Shown piece by piece: positions 36,202 through 47,979 of a DNA stretch of 64,000 nt. The notes below the pieces were generated by a model that had not been told where the DNA came from, made no database searches, and worked only from the letters and a program-made list of their open reading frames with translations. The stretch lies in contig MCFE01000142.1 in assembly GCA_002104905.1 (NCBI GenBank), positions 62,001-126,000 of the forward strand. Reading direction: 5' to 3'. Within the stretch, counting starts at the first letter, position 1; every line of letters starts with the position of its first letter. The translations under genes were made by a program, and so were the position numbers. This DNA comes from Basidiobolus meristosporus CBS 931.73. Its lineage: Eukaryota > Fungi > Basidiobolomycota.

Positions 36202-38019
36202 TCTGTCAGTAGGTGTCACTATGACCTCACTACAGCACTTTACAGGATGTCCTCAGCAGCAAGCAATTCAAATCTTTCCACATTGGAAGAAGCTCAAAGA
36301 AATCAGCAAGAGCTCACTGTTGTATCCAAGAGAAAAGTGTAATAAAACTCTTGAATGAGTCAACTGAACCTAGGTAACAACTAAGCACAGAATCTTAGCA
36401 TTGTCAAGGGTGACAGAAATATAAGCAGAGAAGTTCAGGTCTAATATTGGCTTTGTTTATAGTTGAGTTGAGCTCTAAATGTGACAGAGTAGGTCTGCTA
36501 TACAGGCTAGGCTTGGTGTTCTTTGTGAATGCTAGATATGCTAGGCTTGGATTTAACACAGCTAAATGCCATAGAGGTGCTGCTCAAACTCAACAGCCAA
36601 TCATATGTAGTACTACTGAATACTGGATCATCTAAAACTATTGTATTACCCAATGTAGTAAAAGAACTCAAGTCAGAAGCAGAAAAGCAACCAGGAAAAA
36701 CCATACTTGCAGCTAAGGACCTTTCAGCCTCAAGAATTGATATCACCAACCCAATCATCATACATTGTGGTTTAATAACTATGATTCAGAAAATGGGAGT
36801 TATTGAAATTCCAGATGGACCTCTGGTAGTCAATGGTTTAGACACCTTGACCAAATTTGGCTTTCACATAGGTGGACTACCAGTTTCCTATTCTGGATTC
36901 ACTAGATTTCAGCACCGATACTGAATTAGATTCTAGAAATCATCTCACCCCAGCTGGCAGAAGAAGAGTCAACCCCAACTTTTCAAGCATATTCCCAATC
37001 AGTTGAATTGAATATTTAGCCAGCCATAGAAATCAACCAAGCCATTCTAAGGAACTGTTTCTGCACTATTTCAGAATCCATAGTTATGCCAGAAGCCTCA
37101 CCTGGTGAGTCTACATGGCAAAGTCAATACCCAATTCTGCATTCATGTCAGCACTTGGATGATGAAATAATCCAAAAGTGGGCTGACAATAGAGTTATTA
37201 CTCCAACCCCATGACAACACAACATTCAACAGCCCTTTAATGCTTGCATCTCAGAAAGAGGTTGATGGAAATCTAACTCTGAAGAGACCTTGTTTGGACC
37301 CCAGAGCACTAAACAAGCTTTTCCAAAATGATAAATTTCCACTTCCAAAAATCCAGGGTATTGTTCCCTCACTATTAGGAGCAAGACTACGCTCTAAGTT
37401 GGACTTGAAGGATATATATCACCAATTACAGATCCATCCTGATCATCATCATAAGACTGCCTTTACTTGGAATGGTATGCAATGGATGTTTCAGGGAGCT
37501 CCCTTTGGCCTAAAGATACTTATCAGCAAGTTCCAAAGGGTCATGACTATAATACTCATGAATGTGCCATATCCCTTAGTATTTGTTGATGGTGTTATCA
37601 TATTTTCCACAAACCATGATGATCATGCAACTCATGTTATCAATGCAATTAATAGACCAACAGCTGCTGGACTGATTCTTAATGCTGAAAAGTGCAGCCT
37701 TGCTTGCCTCAAAGTTAATCCACTTGGATGCATAGGTACATCAGCTGACCACCAACTAGACCCTTTCAAGCTGGTTAATATTCTGGAATGGCCAAAACCC
37801 ACTGGCAGCAAGCAACTTCAGGATTATGTTGGATTATTCAAATACTTCACAATGCACATACCACTAATGTCCTTATTTAGTGCCCCTTTAGATGCAATAC
37901 GCTATAGCCCTGATCTTCCCTCTGCCTGCAAAAAGACTCATGATGAAGCACTTGAGTCACTCTGCCAATTGCCCCCACTAGTACCCACCTTATCCTGTTC
38001 AGACAATGCCAAGACCTTT

Positions 38020-38349
38020 TCCTATGAGAAATCTCAAGCATTGAATTCATCTGACTTTCAGCTGGTATTGTGTTGATATTCTGTGGTATTCTGATGGTGT
38101 TTAGCTGGTATTCAGCTGGTATTTTTGGTTCAAAATATCAAATGCATTTTTTAATGAAAGCAAAAAGCAGCTAATTACCAAATTTAGCATATATGCTAGT
38201 TGGCCTAGTCTCCGCCTGGGGAATCTGTTTGCTTGCCTGCCAATCAACTTACAACAGAGATATTGAGAGTTGTCAATTTTGAGAAACTTGAAATTCAGCT
38301 GATATTAGGATGGTATTTTGCTGGCCTTTTCTTATTTTTTTTCTCAGAG
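38020..38349. mobile_element. 330-bp non-coding insertion (MITE-like) in the G2 RNase H
   Basis: Removing it and one TTT restores K-T-F-T-V-A-T in frame. Weak TIR (CTATGAGAAA vs reverse complement CTCTGAGAAA); internal CTGGTATT repeats. Confidence 0.6.
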
Positions 38350-38712
38350 TTTACTGTTGCTACTGTTGTAAGAGTCTTGGAGATATTGGAAGTGATTTGG
38401 AGAACAAGTAAATTATGTGGTTTTCACTTAATGATTTATTGAATGTAAAAGTAGTATTTATACTTTTACATGGTCTTGGCATTACAAACACGTAGAATAG
38501 GTTAAGGAAGGTCCCAAGAACATGTGTGCAAAGTTTGGGGCTGTTTGGACAACTTTGAGAATTTTCATGTTCTGGGTACCTGGTATTTTGGTGAAAATAT
38601 TCTAAGTAAATTCCAACAAGGAATTTGGTCAGTATTCTCTAGGATTTGAAGGTGATGATCTAAGTGACTAAGTTAGGTGAATATTTAGGTGGAATTACGA
38701 ATTTTTACAACA

Positions 38713-38725
38713 CTCCCACTCAGCT
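38713..38725 (-). promoter_or_regulatory. Polypurine tract AGCTGAGTGGGAG of Copia C1
   Basis: Abuts the 3' LTR; the same tract precedes the LTRs at 47,486, 47,569 and, decayed, 48,413. Confidence 0.85.
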
Positions 38726-41700
38726 AAATGTTCATACTGACTAGTCCTAATTTTGACCTAAGATAATCAAACTTGTCTCTAGCTAATGGTTTGGTAAATA
38801 TGTCTGCAATCATTTCATCTGTAGGACAGTAAACTAAGCTAACTAAGTTATTCTCTATAGCTTCATGTATGAAATGATGTCTAATATCTATGTGCTTGGT
38901 TCTAGCATGAAAAGTTGGATTTCTACCTAATTGTATACATCCTTGATTATCTTGAAATAAAGTAATAGGCATTTTTTGACATAGGCCTAAATCTGTAAAG
39001 AGTTTTCTTAACCACATTGCTTCTTTTGTAGCTTCACAGGCTGCCATATACTCTGCCTCTGTAGTAGAAAGTGCTACGGTGGGTTGCTTTCTTGAATTCC
39101 ATGAAATTGCTCCTTTACAGTAACGAAAGGTATATCCTATGGTGGATCTTCTGTCTTCCAAATTTCGTCCCCAATCAGCATCAGAGTATCCCACAAGGTC
39201 CTGTTCTGAATCCTTATAAGTGTATCTTAAGCAGATATCAGCAGTTCCTTTTAGGTATCTAAAAATTCGCTTAACTGCTGCAATATGATCAGATCCATAG
39301 TTCTTATTATGTTGGCTGACAACTCCCACTGAATATGAGATATCTGGACGTGTTCCAAGCATGATATACATCAGACTGCCAACCATAGATTGATAAGGAA
39401 AGTCAGGGCTTTCAGATGGCACCAAGCTCTCTTGATTTGGTTGAGTTTTGACCAAGTTAAGGTTTGTCTCCATTGGGGTAGCTGCAGGTTTACAGTCTTC
39501 CATTTTGTACTTCTTTAGTATATCTTGAATATACTTGGATTGGCTTAGGATAATAGTCTGGGTACTTCTGTCTATGGAGAACTTAATCCCTAAGTAGTAA
39601 CTAAGTTCTCCTAAATCAGACATCTTGAACTCCTTAGATAGGTTGGATTTAGTCTCTTCCAATGTTTCTAGGTTATTGGCGGCTATAATAAGATCATCCA
39701 CATATAGAGCTAATAGAACTGGATTTGCTTTATCTGGCTTATAGTATATACTATATTCAGCATTACTCCTTTTGAAACTCAAAGATTCCAAATAAGAATC
39801 TATCTTGCAATTCCAGGCTCTCGGTGATTGTTTGAGACCATATAGTGACTTTTTAAGCTTGCAGACCAAATGGGGGTTATCTTGGTCAACAAACCCATCA
39901 GGCTGGTCCATATACACATCCTCATCAAGTTCTCCATTCAAAAATGCAGTTTTTACATCCATTTGATGAATAAAAAACTTATATTTGGCTGCAATAGCCA
40001 ATATTAATCTGATGGAATTAAACTTGGCTACCAGTGCAAAGGTCTCAGTATACTCAAGTCCTTTTGTTTGAGAGTATCCTTTGGCTACAAGTCTTTCTTT
40101 GTATCTTTCAATTGTACCATCAGCCTTGTACTTTGTCTTGAAGACCCATCTGCATCCAATTGATTTTTGGTTGATTGGTAATTTGACTAAGTCCCAAGTT
40201 TGATTTTCCATCAGGGCCTGATATTCCTCAGTCATTGCAGATCTCCAAAACTTTGTCTGAGGGCTATTTAGGGCCTCTTTTACAGTCTGGGGCTCATCAA
40301 TATGGACTGAATAGGCATACGCTAAGTTTGTACCCTCATTGATATAGTAATTTGGGCTATTTCTTGTCCGCTTGGATCTCCGGGCATTTGATACTGGAAT
40401 GATCACTTCTGGGATATTCCTGGGCACTGATTCTGGCTGAACCACGGTTGTAGAGTCCTCTGGAGTGAAAAAATTTTCATTGTTTTGCTCTGATTCTAAT
40501 TCTGACAATTGGTGGACTTGAGATCAAATTTTTGTCATCATCTGATGTCATTTTTTGTGAAAATTTTGAATTTTCATCAAACAACACATCCCTGGACTTG
40601 ATCAGCTTCTTTGCTTTGGTATTGCAGAGTCTGTATGCCTTACTCTCATTGCAGTAGCCCAAAAATATGCATTTTACACTTTTTGGCTCAAATTTTGACT
40701 GATTTCCGGCCAGTTTTTTGGCATATGCTGTACACCCAAATATTCTTAGATGTTCTGCACTTGGTCTGTATCCATACCATGCTTCAAATGGAGTAGAATC
40801 ACAAAGTATTCTGTTATAACTCCTATTTTTAAGATAAACAGCAGTGGCAACTGATTCCGCCCAAAAATCATAGGATAATTTTTGATCATGGATCATAGAT
40901 CTTGCCATATCAATTATTGATCTGTTAGCTTGTTCTGCTACTCCATTTTGCTGTGGGGAGTATGGTGCAGTAGTCTCTTGCTTTATCCCATGAATTTTGC
41001 AGAAGTGGATGAAGAGTTTGGAGGTATATTCTCCACCATTGTCAGAGCGTATTTTCTTGATTTTTTCACCAGTTTCTCTCTCCACCATGGCTTTAAACTC
41101 CCTGAACTTAGACAGAGCTTCTTCCTTTCTCTCCATGAAATAGACCCATATGTATCTTGTATAATCATCAATAAAAGTGATTAAATACTTCATCCCGCCT
41201 AAGGATAAATTTTGCATAGGTCCACACAGATCTGAGTGAATTAGATCTAATTTTTTCTTAGTTTTGATTAACCCAGAGCTCTTGAACGGTTGTCTGGCTT
41301 GTTTCCCATATATGCAGGCTTCACAGTGCTCCAAAATAGCTGGGGGATCAATATCCACTCCAGAAATTAGCTGATCTTTGATCATTTTACGCAAATAATC
41401 AAAATTGATGTGTCCAAATCTCCTGTGCCAAAGCATTGGTGTTTCTTCATTTAAGTTACTTATATTGGCTTCCAGATATGATGGAATATAAGTCAACTTG
41501 TTTAGATTCTGATCTCTGATGCCCGAAGCAATATGAGCACCATTTTGATCAGTGATCCTGCATCCAGAATTGTCAAAACTGAAACTGAGTCCTTCTGCTG
41601 TGGCCTTGCTTACAGAGAGTAGGTTCTTGGCTATTTCTGGTACATAGAGTACTTCTATAAAGGTCAGTGTATGGCTTCCTTCACTGCTTCTAAGGTTTAC

Positions 41701-42696
41701 TTGGATAGTTCCTTCTCCCACTGCATCAAGTGTTCTATCGTCACCCATGAAAACCTTCTTAATTGAAATTTCTTGATATTGGGTAAAAAGTTCTTTTTGG
41801 TGTGTAAAGTGTTGAGAAGCTCCAGAGTCAATATATCATGTCTGAGAATCCTTGTTTGTTGTCATATTTAGTGCAGATATGAATAGTCTATCTTCAGTTG
41901 TTGCAGCATTTCCATATTCAGGCTTCTTTGGCTGATAATCTCTCTTTTTGAAACACCAGTCTGATGTGTGTCCTTTCCTTTTGCAGTAGTTGCAAAATAG
42001 GTTGCTGTTGCCTTTGTAGGGTCTTGGGTACCTCCTTTGTTGGTTATCATTGCTTATTAAAGCATTTTCTTCTTCCTTCTTATTGGCGCTTGATTTTCTT
42101 AATTCTTCATCCAGGAGCCTTCCATATACGTAATTTAAGGTCAAATCTTCAGTTCTGGACTCTAGGGCTGATACAAGGCCCTGAAACTTGTCTGTCAGGC
42201 TATTCAGGATGGTAACTATCACATCCTCATCAGTAGTTGGTACGCCCACAGATTCCATCTCATCTACCAGCAGGGTAATTCTGTTAATTAGATTTTTCAT
42301 TTCTTCACCTGGCAGCATCTTTGTAGTAAAGAATTTTCTTCTCAGATATATCTTCTTGGCAGCTGAACATGACTGGTAGGTGTCTTCTAATGCCTTCCAG
42401 GCATTCTTTGCTATTTTTGCTCTTGAGCATTGAATTAGCAATTTGTCCTTGACATTAAGGCAAATGCAGTTAAAGGTACTTTGTTCTTTCTTCTGGTACT
42501 TCAAGGCTTCCTCTCCCAAGTCTTTAGGAGGGCATTCTTCTCCCATGACAATATCCCAAAGGCCTCTTTCTTGTAGCAGCATCTTCATCTTCACCTTCCA
42601 CACTTGGTAGTTAGATCCATCCAACTTTTCAGCAGAGGGAAAAATTCCAGTAATAGCAGTAGTAGACATTGCAGAGAGTGACAGCTCAGGGCTCAT
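38724..42696 (-). pseudogene. Copia gag-pol polyprotein with one nonsense codon (41,836-41,838) and one frameshift (~40,497)
   Basis: CNYCKRKGHTSDWC knuckle; T*YIDSGAS protease; HSDLCGP/RSDNGGEY integrase; HQMDVKTAFLNG/YVDD RT; ADIFTK RNase H. Confidence 0.95.
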
Positions 42697-42700
42697 AACC
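42687..42700 (-). promoter_or_regulatory. PBS GGTTATGAGCCCTG (half-tRNA-iMet type), overlapping the in-frame ATG of gag (MSPEL...)
   Basis: Directly follows the 5' LTR; complementary to CAGGGCUCAUAACC in the anticodon arm of fungal initiator tRNA-Met. Confidence 0.88.
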
Positions 42701-44560
42701 TGTTGTAAGAGTCTTGGAGATATTGGAAGTGATTTGGAGAACAAGTAGATTATGTGATTTTCACTTAATGATTTATTGAATGTAAAAGTAGTATTTATAC
42801 TTTTACATGGTCTTGGCATTACAAACACGTAGAATAGGTTAAGGAAGGTCCCAAGAACATGTGTGCAAAGTTTGGGGCTGTTTGGACAACTTTGAGAATT
42901 TTCATGTTCTGGGTACCTGGTATTTTGGTGAAAATATTCTAAGTAAATCCCAACAAGGAATTTGGTCAGTATTCTCTAGGATTTGAAGGTCATGATCTAA
43001 GTGACTAAGTTAGGTGAATATTTAGGTGGAATTACAAATTTTTACAACAGCTACATATGCTTCCAATATTGGGTTAGGGGCTGTCCTGTACCAGAATGAA
43101 GAACAAAATCTGGCTCACTAAATATCTTTTCATGCCAGATCCCTACAGCCTGCAGAGAGAAACTACTCTGCCACCAAGAAGGAGCTACATACCATAATCT
43201 TTGCCTTGATGAAGCTTCATCAGTATCTATGGGCCAACCCATTTGCCTTGTTGCTGACCACCAAACTCCTGTCCATATCCACCTCAAAAAACTATGACTC
43301 CAATGCTTTCTGACTGGCTTGATACTCTTCTTGATTAGGAATATACAGATATTTATCAGCCTGGAATCCTTAACATCCTTCCTGACCACCTTTCAAGCTT
43401 TTCCCAACTTCACCTTGGGAGGAGTATGTGGTTACTGACATACTCAGTAAACTTACTACAACTTCTAAAACAATTCCTCAGCTGGATTCAGCAACCTGGA
43501 GAGTCACACATGCCAATGTAAGGAAATATTAATACTGAGAAGTCATATACTTGGCCACTTTGGAGCTGACACACTTATAAAGAAGCTACACTCTGATGGA
43601 TATCACTTGTCAAATATCAAAGCTGTCTGCCTAGAACTTGCCAAGTCTTGCAGTGAATGTCAACTCTACCATATCAGCTGCCATGGATTTAACACATTGA
43701 GTCCTATCCATGCAATCCTTTCTATGGATCATATTGCAATTGATCTAGCTGGACCTCTCACCACCAGTAATGATGGTACTTATACCTCTTTGTAAATGTA
43801 GCTATCTGCACACATCTTGTCTTCCTCAAAGCTATTGCAAATAAGTATACTGCCACTTTTGCACCGGCACTATTCAAGTTCTTTTCCCTCTTTAAATTCC
43901 CTAAAGTCATTTAGTTGGATAATGGAACTGAATATGTGAGTCACATGATCAAAGCCCTTTGCCCGCCTAGTGCCATTGATTACTGTCTGATCACTCCATG
44001 TCATCCTAAAGGTAATGGACTTGCTGAAAGACATGCTCAGATCTCAATGAACATCTTCAGGAAATCTACAAAGGTGTCAAGAAGAATTGGGGCAAATACA
44101 TTTCTACTGTACAGTATGCTATCATCACCAAAATTGCTGCTCTACATGGATCAATGCCATTTTCTTTGATGCTTGGATAAATATTCAACCACTTTGGAGA
44201 CTAGTAGTAAAATGAGTTAGCAAATTTGAATACATACAAGCTAAAGAATCAACTTGAGTGCCTTACCAACATTATGTACCCTACTTTCACTGCCAGAAGT
44301 AATGCCTCACAACAAAAGATGATTTCAACATATCCCTCAGACACAGGAACAGCAGCTTCCCAGATGGGTCATATGTTATTATACTTGATCCAATCCAGCA
44401 ATCTAAGCTTGACCCCTAATATGAAGACCCATTGAAGGTTGACAGACGCACTACTGAAGGATTTTATATACTTCAAGACAAAACTGGAGCACTGCTACCC
44501 AAAAACTTTCCACCTTTTTCACTCAAACCTACATCTCAAGACTCAGTAGCTTTAAAATCC

Positions 44561-44715
44561 TATGAAGTTGAACCTATTGTGAGCCATGATTGAGAAGAGC
44601 CAAATTATCTTTATTTAGTCACATGGCAAGGTTGTGATGCCAAACACAACATCTAGGACCTTACAACAACTTTGATGATGTTGTTGTTATTGATCAGTAT
44701 TGGAACCGCAGGAAA
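44561..44715 (+). pseudogene. Decayed chromodomain at the G2 integrase C-terminus
   Basis: YEVEPIVSHD*EEPNYLYLVTWQGCDAKHN resembles the YEVE.I..H...YLV.W.G chromodomain pattern. Confidence 0.75.
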
Positions 44716-44879
44716 ACCAATAAGGTGTCAGAAGACTCCACTGCTGGTAAAAAGTGATGTTGTGAATGTATGAAGTGATGCAGAAAAGTATAGATATATT
44801 TACTGTACCTTATGGTTTAGTGTGTGTCTCAATAAAGTTGCAATTGTGTCTGAGCAAAATTAAGAGTTCAACAATACTG

Positions 44880-45124
44880 GTCTAGTTTCCACCCAGGCCT
44901 TGCATATCTAGCACTCCCAAAAACACCAAGCCTAGCCTGCATAGCAAACTAACAATTCAACCTTTATAGCCAAACTCAGCTACATACAAAACCAGTATTG
45001 GACTGGAATCTCTGTTGATATTTCCATCACTCTTTGAGAGTTATAGGATTCTACACCTAATTGTCTGTTTAGTTCAGTTAAACTGCTCAAGAGCTTTATT
45101 ACACCTTTCTCTTGGATACAACAG
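44880..45124 (-). repeat. Inverted fragment of the G2 gag region
   Basis: Reverse complement matches 36,320-36,560 (tgttgtatccaagagaaa..gtgtaataaa; caggctaggcttggtgtt..tgctagatatgc). Confidence 0.8.
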
Positions 45125-47978
45125 TGAAAAACTGGTGAAAACTCAAGAAAATATGCATGGCCAATAGTAAAGAATAGACCTCAAAACTCTTCATCCACTT
45201 CTACAAAATCCATGTTATGAAGCAAGAGACCATTGTACTATACTCTTGCCAATAAAAGGGGGTGGTAGAACATGCAAACAAAGCAACAACTGATATGGTA
45301 AGATCTATGATTAAGAATCAAAAATTATCCCATGAATTTTGGGTGGAATTAGTTGCAACAGCTCTACATCTCCAGAAGAGGAGTTAGAGAAGAATAGTTT
45401 GTGATTCTACTCCACTTGAGGCATGGAATGGATATAGACCAAGTGTAGAACTTGTTGGAATACTTGGGTGCACAGCATTTGCCAAGAAACAACCTGGAAA
45501 TCAGTCAAAATTTGAGTCAAAAAGTGTAAAATACTTTTTTTCTGGCTAATGAAATGCAGGTAAGGCATAGAGACTATGAGATAGCAAAGCAACAAAGCTG
45601 ATCATATTCAGGGATGTGTTGTTGGATGAAATTCATACTTTTCACACAAAATTACATCTGATGATGACAAATATATGATTTCAGGTTTCACCAGTAGTGA
45701 AGATTGAATTGGAGTAAGACAATGAGAATTTCTTGCACTCCAAAGGACTCTATAATAGTGGTTCTGCCTGAGTTAGTGCTCAGGAATATCCCAAAAGTAT
45801 TCAATTCTGTATTGCTATGCAGGAGATCTAACTTGACTAGAAATAGCCCATATTACTGTACAAATTAGGGCACAAGCTTGGCCTATGCCTATTCAGTCTA
45901 TATGGATGAGCCCTAGACTGTAAGAGAGGCCCTAAATAGCCCTCAGACAAAGTTTTGTAGATATGCAATGATTGAGGAGTTTCAGGTGTTGAAGGAAATA
46001 AACTGTGAACTTAACCAAGCTATCAATCAACTAAAAATCAATTGGATGCAGATGAGTTTTCCAGACAAAATTCAATGCTGATGGTACAAATAAAATATAC
46101 AAAGCAAGACTTGTGGCCAAAGAATACTCTTAAACAAATGGACTTGACTATACTGAGACCTTAGCATTGGATGCCAAGTTTAATTCAATCAGATCAATGA
46201 TGCCTATTGCAGCCAAATATAAGATTTCACACATTGAATAGATGTAAAACTGCATTTTTGAGCAGGGAATGTGATGAGGATGTGTACATGGACCAGATTG
46301 ATGGACTTGCTGACTAAAATAACCCCACTTGGTCTGTAAGCTTAAAGAATTTCTATGCAGAATCAAATAATCGCCAAGAGTCAGGTATTGCAAGATAGAG
46401 TTTTATTTGGAATCTTTGAGTTTCTAACAGAGTACTACCCACTATAGTATATACTATAAGCTAGATAGAGCAAGCCCAGTTCTATTAGCTCTATATGTAT
46501 TTGATCTTATTATAGCCACAAATACTCCAGAAACATTTGAAGAGACTAAATCCAGCCAATCTAAAGAGTTCAAGATGTCCACTCTAGGAGAACTCAGTTA
46601 ATAATTAGGGATAAAGTTCTCCATAGACAGAGGTACTCAGACTATCACCCTAAGCCAATACAGGTATATTTAAGATATACTAAAGAAGTACCAAATGGAA
46701 GACTGTAAACCAGCAGCTACCCCAATGGATACAAACCTCAATTTGGTCAAAGCACAACCAGATCAAGAGATCTAGGTGTCATCTGAAGGCCCTGACCTTG
46801 CTTATCAATCTATTGTTGGCAGTGTGATGTATTTCATGCTTGGAACAACCCAGATATCTCATGTTCAGTGGGAGTTATCAACCAGCATAATTAGTTCTAT
46901 GGATCTGATCATATTGCAGCAGTTAAGTGGATTTCTAAATAGCTAAAAGGGTCTGCTGATATCTGCTTAGGGGAGCACCTAAAAGAATTCAGAACAGGAT
47001 CTTGTGAGATACTCTGATGCTGATTAGGGATGATATCTAGAAGACCGAAGATCCACTGTAGGAAACAGCTTTCTTCACTATAAAGGAGCAATTTCCTGGA
47101 ATTCAACAAAGCAACCAACCATGGCACTTTTGGCCACAGAGGCAGAGTGTATGGCATACTGTGAAGCTACAAAAGAGGCATTGTGGTAAAGAAAGCTATT
47201 CAAAGAGTTGGGCTTATGTCAAAAAAAGGTCTATTACTTTATTTCAAGATGATCCAGGACGCATGCAATTAGGTAGAAATCCAACTTTTCATGTAAGAAC
47301 TAAGCACATCAATATTAGTCATCATCTCATATGTGAAACTATAGAGAGTAGCTTAGCTAACTTAGCTTACTATCTTACATATGAAATGATTGCAGACATA
47401 TTTACCAAACCATTAGCTAGAGACAAGCTTGAATATCTTAGGTCAAAATTAGGACTAATAGTATGAACATTCAGCTGAGTGGGAGTGTTGTAAAAGCTCA
47501 TAATTCTAATTTCAATATATTAGGTCAAGATTAGGACTGATCAGTGTGCATGTTTAGTTGAGTGGGAGTGTTACAAAAGTTTATGATTCCACCTAAATGC
47601 TCACCTAGCTTAGTGACTTGGATCATTACCTAAAAATTCTAGAGAATACTGACTAGATTCCTTGTTGGGATTTACTTAGAATATTTTCACCAAAATACCA
47701 GGTACCCAGAACATGAAAATTTGATAAGTTGTCCAAACAGCCCCAAACTATGCACACATGCTCTTAGGATCTTTGTTAGCCTATTCTACATGTTTACTAT
47801 GCCAAGAGCATGTAAAAGTATAAATACTACTTTTACATTCAATAAATCATTAAGTGAAAATCACAAAGTCTACTTATCCTCCCAATCACTTCCAATATCT
47901 CCAAGACTCTTACAACAAAAGCAACATAATCTACTTGTTCTCTTAATCACTTCCAGTATCTCCAAGACACTTACAACA
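45125..47978 (+). mobile_element. Old degenerate Copia family C copy C2 (IN-RT-RNase H; 3' LTR 47,569-47,917 with duplicated ends)
   Basis: Co-linear with the reverse complement of 38.4-41.1 kb; GRNPTFHVRTKHI...ADIFTKPLARDK; many stops. Confidence 0.9.
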
Positions 47979-47979
47979 G

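Larger units (their letters stand above)
38364..43049 (-). mobile_element. Young full-length Ty1/Copia, family C (4,686 bp; LTRs 38,364-38,712 and 42,701-43,049)
   Basis: Both LTRs are 349 bp with 5 differences; exact TSD GCTAC (38,359-38,363 and 43,050-43,054); PBS, PPT and all pol domains present. Confidence 0.98.
36300..44870 (+). mobile_element. Degenerate Gypsy chromovirus G2, interrupted in RNase H by two insertions
   Basis: PR LLNTGSS (36,529-36,924); RT CLDPRALN/PFGLK/FVDG (37,240-38,020); RNase H resumes at 43,050 (ATYASNIGLGAVLYQ); IN MDNGTEY/PCHPKGNGLAER; C-terminal chromodomain. Boundaries are approximate. Confidence 0.88.

Noticed and set aside
40477-40520. Programmed frameshift between IN and RT
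   Set aside because: No slippery site, an atypical position for Copia, and a single-base insertion explains it by comparison with paralog C2.
41836-41838. TGA between gag and pol as programmed readthrough
   Set aside because: It falls on the Trp of the protease WYIDSG motif, and family A has TGG TAT ATT GAC here. A simple G>A nonsense mutation fits better.
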